NCBI GenBank assembly: GCA_009914755.4
Contig: CP086569.2
Location: 4,256,001 to 4,320,000 of the forward strand
Direction of reading: 5' to 3'
Length of the DNA stretch: 64,000 nt
Source: the human T2T-CHM13v2.0 reference genome, Homo sapiens
Of the stretch, positions 36,901 to 50,495 are shown in pieces. Both the position numbers and the translations under genes were made by a program. Under the pieces are notes generated by a model. It had not been told where the DNA came from. It did not search any database and saw only the letters and a program-made list of their open reading frames with translations. The stretch's first letter is position 1. The number at the start of each line of letters is the position of its first letter.

Positions 36901-38339
36901 CAAATAATTTTATTCCAAAGTTTTAACTTCTATTTTAAATATATCTTCATGTTCCATTTTATTAGTCTATTGTTTCTCTTCTATTCTTGTTATATTCTCA
37001 GCCATTCAGAGTTATAGTTTAATCTTTCCCATTAATTTACGCCTTTAAACTAGATAATGAATCATTCCACTTCTTTATCAGGGTTCAACAGAATGTACCA
37101 CACATAATACTATTTATAATATTATTTCTAATCACATACTGCGTGTGGAGAACATATTACTCATTGTTTTGTGCCCCCATAGGTTAGATATTCTGCTGTA
37201 ACTTTTATTTATTATTCAATCAGGAGAAAAGCAGCTAAATTTTATATACAATTCAGTGATCCTCAAACATATTGTGAAAGCTAAAATGTAAAAGGACTAA
37301 TATTAAATTCCTGATAACTAAAAAATCAGCATAGTATATATAAGCCTTTGGGGACATGAAATAAAGGAACATGTTTAAAACGTGAGGAAATGAGTTGTAT
37401 CCTACACATAATAATGACAGAGGTTTTTCCCATTGCATTTGAATATAAAGTTTTGCTTTCTAGATGTTTTAAAGGTTTTCAGCAGCTGATTTAACTATCC
37501 TTGAGAGAAAAACTAATGCTCTAACTCTATCAGACTTTTTTAGCCTCATACTGACTCTGCTTCTTAATGTGTGGTCTTAAATTTGCTAAATCAATTGATT
37601 AAGCTTAAAGAAAATTTAATTTAAAATGAGAGAGAGCAAAATTAGCACTGGTGAAGGCCTGCTGACTTACTGGCCCAGCATATTTAAGTACACTGACTTA
37701 TGTGGTTAGAGTTGAATATTGGCCAAATGAAATTTTATGAACTCAAGAAAATTACAGCCACTAACTCTAAGGGTATTATATTCACTAAATGTAGTCTTTA
37801 GATCAATGGCACCCTTGTGTCCAGTAAATGGACCAGACTGTTTAAATATTGGCTCATATCCTTTATCATGTGTGACTGGATTATGATACTAATTTCCTCA
37901 GTAAAGACTTCTCAATATAAATTTAAGTAATTTCTAACTAGGTTTAATATCCACAATATATATTTTTTAAATCCTTGAGTGTATATAGCACCGTTCAAAT
38001 GAAAAGTTTTTGGTACTTCTCAGGCATTATTTCATTTACTTTCACAATTTCCCGCTGGACAATGTCATTTGCACTGAATTGAGGATGGGGCACCAATATT
38101 TGCTGTTTCTGCTCCTGCTTCTCTACATCTAAGTCGATTAGAGAGTAAGATCACATGAAATTGGGAAGTAAGATTGTTTTGTTAATTAATTTCTGCTTAC
38201 ATTGCATGGATTTATACTGATAAGAAATATGTATGAGACAAGGTGCTGTGTATTGTGGTAGATATCAAAGTTGGACACAAATAAAAACATAAAAAACGCA
38301 GATAGTGTGTTACAGAATATGCTATGGCAAAATTCACAA

Positions 38340-38600
38340 GTGAATTCAGGTAGCGAGTCAGCAAGCTCTAACAGAAGACATTGGTTTGAACCTGGAATCT
38401 ACAATTAGTAACTGTGTGAACTTGAGTGCATTTTTAACCATTTACTTCCTTGATTCTTAGACTTAAGTTATGTAGAAGAGGAAAAACAATGCCTCGCTAA
38501 GTGACTTGCATGAATATTGAAATAGATAGTATGTGGAAATATTTAACACAGTGCCTGGCACAGAGAAGGGACCTAATAAATGTAGATGAATCTGACGTTT
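38340..38600 (+). mobile_element. MIR SINE
   Basis: ggtttgaacctggaatctacaattagtaactgtgtgaacttgagtgc ... aacacagtgcctggcacagagaagggacctaataaatgtag matches MIR (ggttcgaatcctggctctgccacttactagctgtgtgaccttgggcaag ... gaacagtgcctggcacatagtaagcgctcaataaatgtt). Confidence 0.6.
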
Positions 38601-39454
38601 TCTAGTAGATGAAATCAGCATATAGATAGATATAGCTTTAAGGATAAGTAAAATTTCACCAGAGGGAGTTGAGAGAATATTATTCTAGGGAGAAAGAAAA
38701 GCATGTGGAGTAGTGTAGAAGTATAAAAACACAGAACACTTCTAGGAATTTTTTTTTTTTTTTCAATAGAGGCTAGAGAGAGTTAAGTTGGATAGTTAGG
38801 CTGAGGTTAGATCATGGGATTTGGACCTTCCATATTACTTAGAGGAAAGCTACTGAACATATTTGAACATGGAAGAATTATAATGAGAATGGGATTGGTT
38901 GATAGGAAGGGTTGAACAAAGCAAGACTGATTATTAAGCTAATATAATAAGTAGTTCAATTATGAATGCTTAAGGCCTGAAAGAGGAAGTTGGAAATGTA
39001 AGAATAAATATTGATCAAAATTAAAGATAACAATTACTGGTAATTTTTACATAGATTTAAGGCCCAGTCCCTTACCTTAAAAAAGCACACTAGGATCTGG
39101 CCCTGCCTATCTTACTAGGCGTATTTATCCCCTGCCCCTCCACTGTTCCTCTCTGCAGGTTTCAAGCAGAACAATTTCTTTCCGGCAGCTTAAATATGCT
39201 GTCCTCATCCACATGGTCTCCTTTCATTCTGAAATAGTTTTCATCTCCTTACCCAACTGAAAGTTTTTATTTGTTTCTCAAATTTTAGTTCAGGCATTGG
39301 ATTCTTTTAAGGTCTTCCCTACCATCCCAGATTAGAATTTGATTTTCCTCTTTGCTACATCTTGCCCTTCTCTATAACTTTTTAATACTTATTATATTGC
39401 ATTTGCCATATTCTGTGTGATATTGCCATTGCCACACTCCTTTTAAATTTTTTT

Positions 39455-39535
39455 TCAAACACCTGGTTTCAAGCAATTCTCCTGCCTTGGCTTTCCAAAG
39501 CGCTTGGATTACAGGCATGAGTCACTGCACCCAAC
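39455..39535 (-). mobile_element. Alu fragment (internally deleted)
   Basis: ggtttcaagcaattctcctgccttggctttccaaagcgcttggattacaggcatgagtcactgcacccaacc. Confidence 0.5.
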
Positions 39536-41169
39536 CGTCCTTTTTACTTTTTAAATCATGATAACTAATAATAATGATTACTAATCATTTACTACGTACC
39601 AATACATTGTTATAAGCACTTTAAATGTATTGGTTCATATAATCTTAATCTTAAACAAACCTTTGATTTCATAATAATTGTTATCTCCATTTAATAGTTA
39701 ACTAAAAAAAAAAAACCTCAAGCAAAGGGAGAATAAGTATCTAGCCCAATGTTTTACATATAGAAAACAGTGGAGCCCAAGTATTCAAGCTCAAATACTC
39801 TGGATCCAGAGCCTTTTCTGTTAACTATAAAATGCTGCCTCTCTTAGATAAAACTATAAAACATAAAGGATATAAAGAAATTGACCAAAGTCATGCCTTG
39901 GTTAATAATTATAGTTAGAAAGCAGAAGAATTAGGCATCAAATGTGAAACAATTGTGAAGTGGAAGGAGAACATGGCTAGTGCAGTGTTGTGCAACCGAA
40001 TGAAATGTTTTTAAAATAATCAGTATTTGAAAAAGACTAACAGGACAAGAGAAATAGTTGTTAATAGATAAAGTAGATCCTGAAAGAAGTGAAGACAGAG
40101 AGGAACAAGAGAACATAATTAATTCTCACAATGTATAAGTCCAATTATTCCTCAGAAACAGAAAAGAGCATATTGAAGGAAAATGCATGGAAATGTTGTA
40201 ATGGAAGTGTGCCCAAAACACTGATGCGCAAACATATTATTGTCTCAGAAAAGTTGTAGAAGGATTATGTGCTAAAAGTGATGAAGACAGGTCAGATTGG
40301 GAATTTAAGAAAAAAAGAAATGGCTTGGGAACATTTCCGTGGGGAATGAAAACAAAGGCCATAAGGCTTGTAATGTGCTGTACGAGTCATGAAAAATTGA
40401 CTGAAAATCTTACAGATAGAGAGATGGTGAATAGTACGAAAATCTAAGTTCTAGCTCTGTAGTGTCAGAAGTGAAAGATAAAGTAATAGGAAATAATACT
40501 TTTTAAAATTAATTAAATGGTAAAAATGTTATCGGGTTTATGAGCATGACCTGTTTTAGTCCCCAGAGATAATAACATAGGAAGAAGTAAAAGGAAGATT
40601 CTGAAGAGTCCTTGAGTCATTGAAAAAAATGAAAGACTACACAGGAGATTGTTGAGTTATGGTAGCAAAATAAAGAGAAGATACCATAGCTGTATTGTTT
40701 AGACTCTAAAGTACTTAGGCTCTGGGCACAAGGTGCATAAGGTGAACCTGAAATACCTTGTCATTCCAGAAACCATAGAAATGATCAAAAACCACTAGAG
40801 TTATGTTAGAAAAGGTCTTAAGAGCCAACCTGGATAAATTCCCACTGGAAAAATATGAGAAGTTCTCTTAACTACCAAAAAGAGTAATAATTGAAAGCGA
40901 TTTAAGTATGTCAAATATTGTCAAGACTATTAGCTCATAATATATTTTTTAAAAGCCTCATTGTTCACTTGTGAAGGATTTTAGGCAACACCTCATTATT
41001 TTGAAATCCTGCACTGCAATTAAGACAAAGAAGCAATTACTCTGCTTTTTCTATGCACTCAGTGCCTCAGTATTACCAAGTACTAGTTGAGAAAAAGCGA
41101 GTGTTTTGTTCACATAATGTCCCTGTTGTGTAGCTGTGCTTGCCCTATACAAATAGCTAAATATAATGT

Positions 41170-41171
<2 letters not shown>

Positions 41172-41204
<33 letters not shown>
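41172..41204. repeat. (GT)n microsatellite
   Basis: gtgtgtgtgt... uninterrupted. Confidence 0.95.
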
Positions 41205-41207
<3 letters not shown>

Positions 41208-41654
41208 TAGTCAAACTTGTCAGCCAAATCTAATAATGACAAGAAATACAAGGCAGAGAGAAACACATGAGGCAGTATTATAAGGAGGCTAACTTTAGAC
41301 ATTGGAAAACCCAATAAAAACAACTGGGTTACTTCAGTAAAACAAGAGAAAAAGAGAGAGGGATAGAGGGAGGAGGGAGTGAGAAAAGAGAGATGGAGAG
41401 AGAAGGTAAATATTTGAAGTCTTGGAATATACATCAACAATCAAATTGATTGATCTGATTTGGCTATAAACTAAAAAATCATTTTAAAATATAACAAAAT
41501 AAGATAAATAAGAACCTTGATTGGATATTTGTTAATATTTAGAAGTTATTTTTAGTGTTTCAAGTATAATAATAGGATATTTTATGTTTTTAAAAAACAC
41601 TTGTATTTTAGAGAAACATACAGAAATAATTACAGATAAAATAATATAGAAGAA

Positions 41655-44600
41655 AGTGCCAAGATGGTTGACTAGAAGCAGCTAGTGTGTACCACTGTCA
41701 CAGAGAGGAGATAGAGTGGTGCATAAATACTAGCTCTAGTGTTCAAGTGGATTGTCCAGGAGGCCATGTTGTGATTCCTGAAGGAAGCAATGGTGACCCA
41801 CGGAGGACAGAGAGGAGTGAGGCTGCCCACCTGAGATTGGCATGGAGCATGGGGAGGCTCCCTATTGTGGGGAATGGGTGAGTGAGCAAGAGGCCCAAGG
41901 GACACACACTTCTGCTATAAACCTTTGTAATCTTAGGCATAAGAGATCCTAACTGACCCCCTGGACCCCCAGACAAACATGGAGAGACAGCTGCATGGAA
42001 ACTGGGCAGAGCCACTTCTCAGGCCCTCATGGAGCCCCATAGGACTTGGATCCCTAAGCACCCTGGTGAAAGTTTTTGTAGCCCTGGCAGTTAGGGAGGC
42101 CAGGCTCTCTTTCACAAACCCAGCATGCCTAGACAAATGCATAATAACAGTGGGACATTTCAACATTTCACCAACAGCATTAGAGACATCTTTGAGGTAA
42201 AAACTAACAAAGAAGTTCTGGACTTAAATTTAAGACTTGAACAATTGGACAAAATAGACATCTACAGAACACACCACCCACCAACAACAGAATATATATT
42301 CTACTCATCTTCACATGGAATGTATTATAGGATCAATCACATGTTCAATCTCAGTAAATTGAAAAAATTAAAATCATACCTAGCACACTCAAATCACAGT
42401 GCAATAAAAAGAAAAATAAATATCAAGATGATATCTTAAAATGACAAAAAGTCATGGAAATTAAACAACTTCGTCCTGAATAACTAATGAGTGAACATTT
42501 AAATTAAAGCAGAAATACAAAATATTTGAAATTAATCAAAATGTGAACACAATCTACCAACACCTCTGGGATGCAGCTAAGGCAGTGTTAAGAGGAAAAT
42601 TTATAGCACTAAATGCCTTCATCAGGATGCTAGAAAGCTCTCAAATTAATGTTTTAACTTTGTACCTAAAGTAACTAGAGGAAAAAAAAAACACACAAAA
42701 ACCAATACCAAAGCAAGAAGAAAAAAATGAATAATTAAAATAAGAACTGAATTAAATTGAGATGCAAGCATTCATGCAAATGATTAATGAAACCAAGTGT
42801 AGATTTAAAAAAATAAACAAGATTGATAAACTTCCAGCTAGATTAACAAATAAAATAGAGAGAAGATCCAAATAAGTATAATCAGAAATGATAAGGATGA
42901 CACTACCATTGATCCCATATAGTTGAAAAAGATCTTCATAGAATGCTATTTAACAACACTATGCACACAAATTAGAAAATCTAGAAGAAATTGATAAATT
43001 TCTAGAACACACATTTTCACAAAATTGAATCGGAAGATTTAAAACCTGCATAGACCAAAATTGAATCCTGAAATTAAATCATCAATAAAAATCCTGGCAA
43101 CCAAAAGAAGTCCTGGGCCAGACAAATTCATAGCTGAGTTCTACGAGACATAAAAGAACTGGTACCAATCCTAATGAAACTATTACAAAAAAATCGAGGT
43201 GGAGAGGCTCCTCCCTATCTGATTCTATGAAGCCAGCATTAGCTTAATACCCAAATCTGGCAGAGACACAATGAAAAAAAAAAAAAAAAAAACTTGAGGC
43301 CAGTATCTCTGATGAACACAGATAAAAAAGTCCATAACAAAATACTAGCAAACCAAATTCAGCAGCACATCAAAATGTTAATACATCACAACCAATAAGG
43401 CTTTCTTTGTGGAATGCAAGATTGTTTTGACATATGGAAATTATTAACTGATTCACCACCTCAACAGAATTAAAAACAAAATCATATGTTCTCTCAATAG
43501 AAGAAGTGAAAACTTTCAATAATGTCCATTATCCCTTCATGATAAAAAGACCCAACAAACTAGGCAACAAAAGAACATACTTCAAAATAATAAGAGCCAT
43601 ATATGGCAAGCCAATATCATACTGAAGGGCAAAAGCTGAAGCAATCTACCTTAAGAACTGCAACAAGACAAGGATGCCCACTCTCACCACTCCTACACTC
43701 CCACCACTCCTACTTTAACATTGTACTGGAAGCCCTAGCCAGAGCAATCAGGCAAGAGAAAGAATTAAAAGACATCCAAATTGGAAAAAAAAAAGAAGAC
43801 AAATTATCTCTCTTTGTTGGAGATAAGATTCTGTAACTAGAAAAGCCTAATGACCCCACCAAAAGGCTACTAGAACTGTTACATGACTTTAGTAGGTTTT
43901 ACTATACAAAATCAATGTACAAAAATCAGTAGTATATTTATACACTAATAATGTCCAGGTTGAGAGTTAAATCAAGAGCACAATACCATTTATACTAGGC
44001 AGAAATAAAATGAAATACCTAGCAGTACACATAATCAAAAAGCTTAAAGATCTTTACAAGAAGCACAAACATGTTGAAAGAAATCAGATATGACACAAAA
44101 AGATAGAAAAATATCCCGTGCTTATGGATTAAAATGGCTATATGGCCCAAAGCAATTTACAGATTCAACACTATTCCTATCAAACTACAAAAGTCATTCA
44201 TCACAGAATTAGGAAAAGCTATTCAAAAACTCATATGGAACCAAAAAAAGAGCCTGAATAAACAAAGCAATCCTAAGCAAAAGAACGAAGCTAGAGGGAT
44301 CATATTACCTGACTTCAAACCATAGTATATAAGGCTATAGTAGCCAAAATAGCCTGGTATTGGTATAAAAACAGAAACATAGACAAATGGAACAGAATAT
44401 AAAACCCAGACATAAAGCCTTACACACGCAACCATTTGATATTTGACAAGCCAAGAAACACAAGCAATGGGAAAAGGACTCCCTATTCAATAAATGGTGT
44501 TGTGACAAGTGGCTATACAGAAGAATGAAACTGAACCCTTACCTTTTACAATATACAAAAATTAACTCAGGTAGGATTAAAGATTCAAATGAAAAATATC

Positions 44601-45690
44601 AAAATATAAAAATTCAAAAAAAACCTAGGAAATGCCCTTCTCAATATCAGCCTTGGCAAAGAATTTTTGCCTATGTCTTCAAAAGAAACTACAGCAAAAA
44701 ATATTGACAAGTGGGACCTAATTAAACTAAATAGCTCCTGCACAGCAAAATAAATTATCAACAAAGCAAACAGCCAACCTGCAGAATAGAAGAAAATATT
44801 CACAAACTATGCATCTGACGAAAGACTAATATCAAGAATCTATACAAAATTTAAACAAATTAACAAGCAAAAAAAACACCATTAAATGGGCAAAGGATAT
44901 GAACAGACATTTCTCAAAAAAGACATAAACAGCCAACAAACATATAAAAATGTTCCACATAACTGATCATTAGAGAAATGCAAATCAAATCCACAACGAT
45001 ATACCATCTCACACCACTCCAAATGGCTATTTTTGAGAAATTAAAATAACAAGTAAGATCCTCGAGAGGCTGAAGAGAAAAAGGAAACACTTATGCACTG
45101 TTGGTGAGAGTGTATAAATTAGTTAAATCATTGGGAAATCAGTGTGGCGATTCCTCAAAGAACTTGAAGCAGAGCTCCTGTTTGACCCAGCAATCCCATT
45201 ACTGGATATGTACTCAAAGGAAAATAGATAATTATATCAAAAGTCACATGCATACATGTGTTAATTGCTTTGCTATTCACAATACCAAAGAACGGAATCA
45301 ATCTAGATGTCCATTAATGGTGGATGATAAAGAAAATGTGGTATATATACACCATGGAATACTGCATAGCCATATAAAAGAATAAAATCATGTCATTTGC
45401 AGCAATATGAATAGAGCTGGAGGTTAAAGCCAATGAACACAGGAAGAGAAAACTAAATCCTGCATGTTCACACTTACAAATGGGAGCCAAACATTGAGCA
45501 GCCAGAGACATAAACATGGGAACAATAGACACTGCTAACTAGTAGTCTGGGGAGGGAGGGGCATATGGTTTAAAAAAAACTACCTATTGGATACTATGCT
45601 CACTACTTGGGTGCAAATACCCATGCAACAAATCTGCACAGGTACTCCCTATACCTAAAATAAAAGTTGAGAAAAAATATTTTATAAACT
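41655..45690 (+). mobile_element. L1 (L1PA/L1PB-like) with an internal deletion: a 5'UTR start of about 470 bp joined to ORF2 from the EN domain onward, then the complete 3' end
   Basis: 5' start agaaagtgccaagatggttgactagaagcagct. The EN domain (gaacaattggacaaaatagacatctacagaacacaccaccc) is followed by the RT region (ggatgcccactctcaccactcctacactc ... cagagcaatcaggcaagagaaagaattaaaagacatccaaattgg) and the 3' end (gggtgcaaatacccatgcaacaaatctgcacaggtactccctatacctaaaataaaagttgagaaaaaa). ORF2 is broken by many stops. Confidence 0.85.
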
Positions 45691-45759
45691 CTGATCACAA
45701 AAATTATAAAAAATAAATAATATGGTGTCTCTAAAATAATCTGGCAAAGGGTAGGGAAA

Positions 45760-45840
45760 ACTTGCCAAGGTTAAATGACTCACCTGAAGTCACACAGCCA
45801 GTGTAAGCCAGAAAATTTAACCCAGGGAGACAAAGAATAA
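45760..45840 (-). mobile_element. MIR SINE fragment
   Basis: cttgccaaggttaaatgactcacctgaagtcacacagccagtgtaagccagaaaatttaacccagg resembles the reverse complement of MIR (cttgcccaaggtcacacagctagtaagtggcagagccaggattcgaacccagg). Confidence 0.45.
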
Positions 45841-48286
45841 GGAGATCTCTGTGTAATTTCAAGATTAGGCAATGAGAGGACAGAGAAATTGGCCTGCCTG
45901 TATCATCAGAGCTTAACTAGACAACTAGACAAATACATACTGAATATTTGAATAAAATTTTTCATGTCAACCTAGCTTCCAGGTTAAACACTGAGAAAGA
46001 TATTCTAGCAATGTAATCAAATAATAGAGACCTCAATAAATAAACTATTTGCTTCTTAAATATATTAAATATATTTTCCTTTATTCAAGTATGAGTCAAC
46101 ATTTTGAAAAACAACAATATATAATCCATAAAAAGATCCCATAACATTAATAAAAGAATCACCTCTTAAGAGAAAATAAGAATTATCAAAATTATTTACA
46201 AAAGAAAATTAAAAAATGGACTACATGTTCTGGTCTCTAGTAAATACATGAAATTACTTATACTGTGAAAAATGTGACAAATGAGAAGGAAAAGAAATGT
46301 ATACAGGGAGGCTGTGTAGAAACTAAAACCTGTAACAAAACTAAAATTCACAAGATAAACAGTTGAGGAAAACCAACATTTAGAAAATCAAAATGATTAT
46401 GATGCCGAGGCATTTAGTGCAAACTAAAGACACTTTCTCATAATGCAGAGAAAATGACTGAAAATTATGAGAGAAAATATGACAAAAACAATAGATCCAG
46501 TCTACAACTAGTTAGTGTCCCCGAGGGAAATAAGTCAAATCAATATAGCAGAAACAAAAATAGAGTATAATCCAATACATTTTTTTAACAATTGCAAAAG
46601 GTGTAAGCCAAAATGATAAAAAAAAATACAGCCAATAAAATAATACTTGCATAAATTGGGTAACAAAAAAAATTCCAACAAAAATTATGTGAAAACTTCA
46701 AGCCATAATATCACAAAATTAGCATACTAATTTAGGACAGAATAATAATTGCTTAATTTTGTAAAGCCTAATAAAATGTGAATTACAAGTCAAATGGTAA
46801 ATTGATATGATTCAATGTTTATAATCACATAGACATTTCGAAGTCATTTGCTTATAAAAGTCATGAGATCATTTGTAAGTGAAATGAGACAAACAGGAAT
46901 TTGCCTCCTTACCTATATGTGTCCTCGAAATAGTCATTAATTGCTATTTCTTTAAGCAAAAGAACTCTGCAATTATAAGTTGGTTTCTAAGATTTTTAAA
47001 ATTTTGTTTTTATTGACAAATAATTGTATATATTTATGGGGTACAATGCATTTTTTGCATAATAGATCAACATCAGTGCAATGTTTTGATATGTGTATGA
47101 TTCTTGAGATTTTAAATAAATTATACAGCTAGATCAGAAAGTTGTCTCCTCATTTTTGCAAGATAAAAGCTCAATTCAACCTTGAGTAACTGAAGAACAA
47201 TGCTGAGATGAAAGTTTCTTAAAAGATGTCTTTCCCTGAAGCAATCAATAATGAATGTTGTAAGAGTCTTTCTCTAGGTTTCATGTTTTTAATGTTTTAA
47301 TTTTTAATTTTTGTGGGAACACAGTAGATGTATATAATTGTGAAGTACATGAGATGTTTTCATGCAAGTATGCAAGGCATAAGATTCACATCATGGAGAA
47401 TAAGCTATCCATTTACGCAAGCATTTATCCTTTCTGTTACAAATAATCCAATTATACTATTTTACTTATTTTAAAATGTACAATTAACTTATTATTGACT
47501 AAAGTCACTCTGTTGTGCGACCAAATAATCTCTCTTATTCATTCTAACTATACTTTTTGGATCCATTAACTGTCTCCACCTCCCCCACAGCCCCCCACTA
47601 CCCTCTCCAGACTCTGATAACCATTCTTCTACTCTCTGTGTCCATTTCTATTATTTTGATTTTTAGATCCCACAAGCAAGTGAGAACATGCAATGTTTAT
47701 CTTTCTGTGCCTGGCTTATTTCACTTAACATAATTATCTCCATTTGCATCCACATTGGTGCAAATAACAGAATCTCATTATTTTTTATAGCTGAATAGTA
47801 CTCCACTGGGCTCCACCGTGTATATATACCACATTGTCTTTATCTATTCATCTGCCAATGGACATTTAGGTTGCTTCCAAGTCATAGCTATTGTGAACAG
47901 TGCTGCAACAACCATGGGAGTTCAGATAAGTCTCTGATATACTGTCTTTCTTTTGGGTATACACCCAGCAGTGGGATTGCTGGGTCATATAATATCTCTG
48001 TTTTTAGTTTTTTCCTTCAAACTGTTCTCCATAGTGATTGTACTAATTTACATTCCCACCAACAGTGTAGGAGGCTTCCCTTATCGCCACATCCTTGCCA
48101 GCATGTATTATTGCCTGTCTTTTGGATATTAGCCATTTTAACTAGGGTGAGATGATATCTCATTGTAGTTTTGATTTGCATTTATCTGATGATCAATAAT
48201 GTTGAGTAACTTTTCATATGCCTATTTTTCTTTGGTAGGTATGTTTCTGTTGAGAAATATTTATACAAATATTTTACCTATTCTTT

Positions 48287-48310
48287 TTGTTGATGTTGTT
48301 GTTGTTGTTG
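48287..48310. repeat. (GTT)n microsatellite (mutated Alu A-tail)
   Basis: gttgatgttgttgttgttgttg immediately 5' of the Alu fragment on the plus strand. Confidence 0.8.
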
Positions 48311-48456
48311 AGACGGAGTCTCGCTCTAATGCTGAGGCTGGAGTGCAGTGGCGTGATCTTGGCTCACTGCAACCTCTGCCTCCTGGCTTCAAGCGATTCC
48401 ACTGCCTCAGACTCGTGAGTAGCTGGTATTACAGGCGCCCACCACCACACCTGACT
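48311..48456 (-). mobile_element. Alu fragment (right monomer, about 145 bp)
   Basis: agacggagtctcgctctaatgctgaggctggagtgcagtggcgtgatcttggctcactgcaacctctgcctcctggcttcaagcgattccactgcctcag. Confidence 0.8.
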
Positions 48457-49945
48457 ATGTCATTTTTCTTACTATAGCTCTGTGGTATAATTTGAAGTGA
48501 GGTAATGTGATTCTTCCAGTTTTGTTCTGTTGATTAGAATAGCTTTAGCTATTCTGGGTCTTTTGTGGTTCCATATACATTTTGGGATAGTTTCTTTCTA
48601 TTTCTGTGAAGAATTTCACTGGTATTTGATAAGGATTTCTTTGATTCTGTAGATTTCTTTGGGTAGTATGGACATTTGAACAATATAGATTCTTCCACTC
48701 CATGAACATGGAATATTTTTTAGTATGCTTTTCAATTTCTTTTTTCAGTGATTTATAGTTGTTACTATAGACATAGTTTACTTTTTTGTTAATTCTTAGG
48801 TATTTAATTGTATTTGTGGCTATCATAAATGTGATTGCTTTTTTATTTCTTTTTCAGACTCTACTGTTTACAGAGAGAAATACTACTAATTTTTGTACGT
48901 TGATTTTTGTATCCTGCAAATTCACTGAATTTGTTTATCAATTTTAATAGTTTTTTGTGTAGTTTTTAGGTTTTTTAAAATATAAAATCATATCATTTGA
49001 AAACAATTTGACCTTTTCTATTCCGATTTATGTCCTTTATTTCCTTCTTTTGCCTGATTACTCTAGTTAGGACTTCCAGGACTATGCTGAATAACACTGG
49101 TGAAAGTGGGCATCCTTGTTGTGTTTTAAATCTTAGAGGAAAGGCTTTCAGTTTCTCCCCCATTCAGTTTGATACCACCTGTAGGTCTGTAATATATGGC
49201 TTTTATTATGTTGAGAAATGTTTCTTCTATACCCAGTTTTTGAGGGTTTTATTATGAAAGTATGTTGAATTTTATCAAATGCTTTTTCAGCATTAATTAA
49301 AAAATGATGATGTGTTTTTTAGTCTTTATTCTGTTGACACAGTGTATCACATTTTAGTCCCTGGAATAAATCCCAATAGGTAATGATGAATGATTTTTTA
49401 AATGTAAAGTTGAATTTCATTTGTTAGTATTTTGTTGAGGATTTTTTGCATCAATATGAATCAGCGATATTGGCCAATAGTTTTCTTTCTTTTTTTTCTT
49501 TTTTTAATATGTGTCTAGTTTTGGTATTAAGGCAGTACTGGCCTCATAGAATGAGTTTGGAAGTATTCCCTCCTCCTCTATTTTTTGGAATAGTTTGAGT
49601 AGGATTAGTATTAGTTTTTCTTTATATTTTGGTAGAATTCAGTAGTGAAACCATCAAGTCCAGGGCTTGTTTTTTACTGGGAAATTTTTATTATGCCTTC
49701 TATCACATTGCATTTTATTGGTCTGTTCAGCTTTCGGATTTCTTCCTAGTTTAATCTTGGTAGGTTGTACGTGTCCAGGAATGTGTCAATTTCTTTTAGC
49801 TTTTCCAAGTTTTTAGTAGATTGTTGCTCATAGTAGACAGTAGTGATTTTTTGTACAATTTCTGTACAATTTCTACAGTATCAGTTGTAATGTAACTTTT
49901 TTCATTTCTGATTTTATTCATTTGGATCTTCTCTTTTTTTCTTAG

Positions 49946-50495
<550 letters not shown>

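Noticed and set aside
43603-44325. ORFs with clear reverse-transcriptase similarity ([11 protein letters not shown]...; ...[12 protein letters not shown]...).
   Set aside because: These are L1 ORF2 remnants of the L1 at 41655-45690, broken by multiple stop codons and frameshifts. They belong to a dead mobile element, not a cellular gene.
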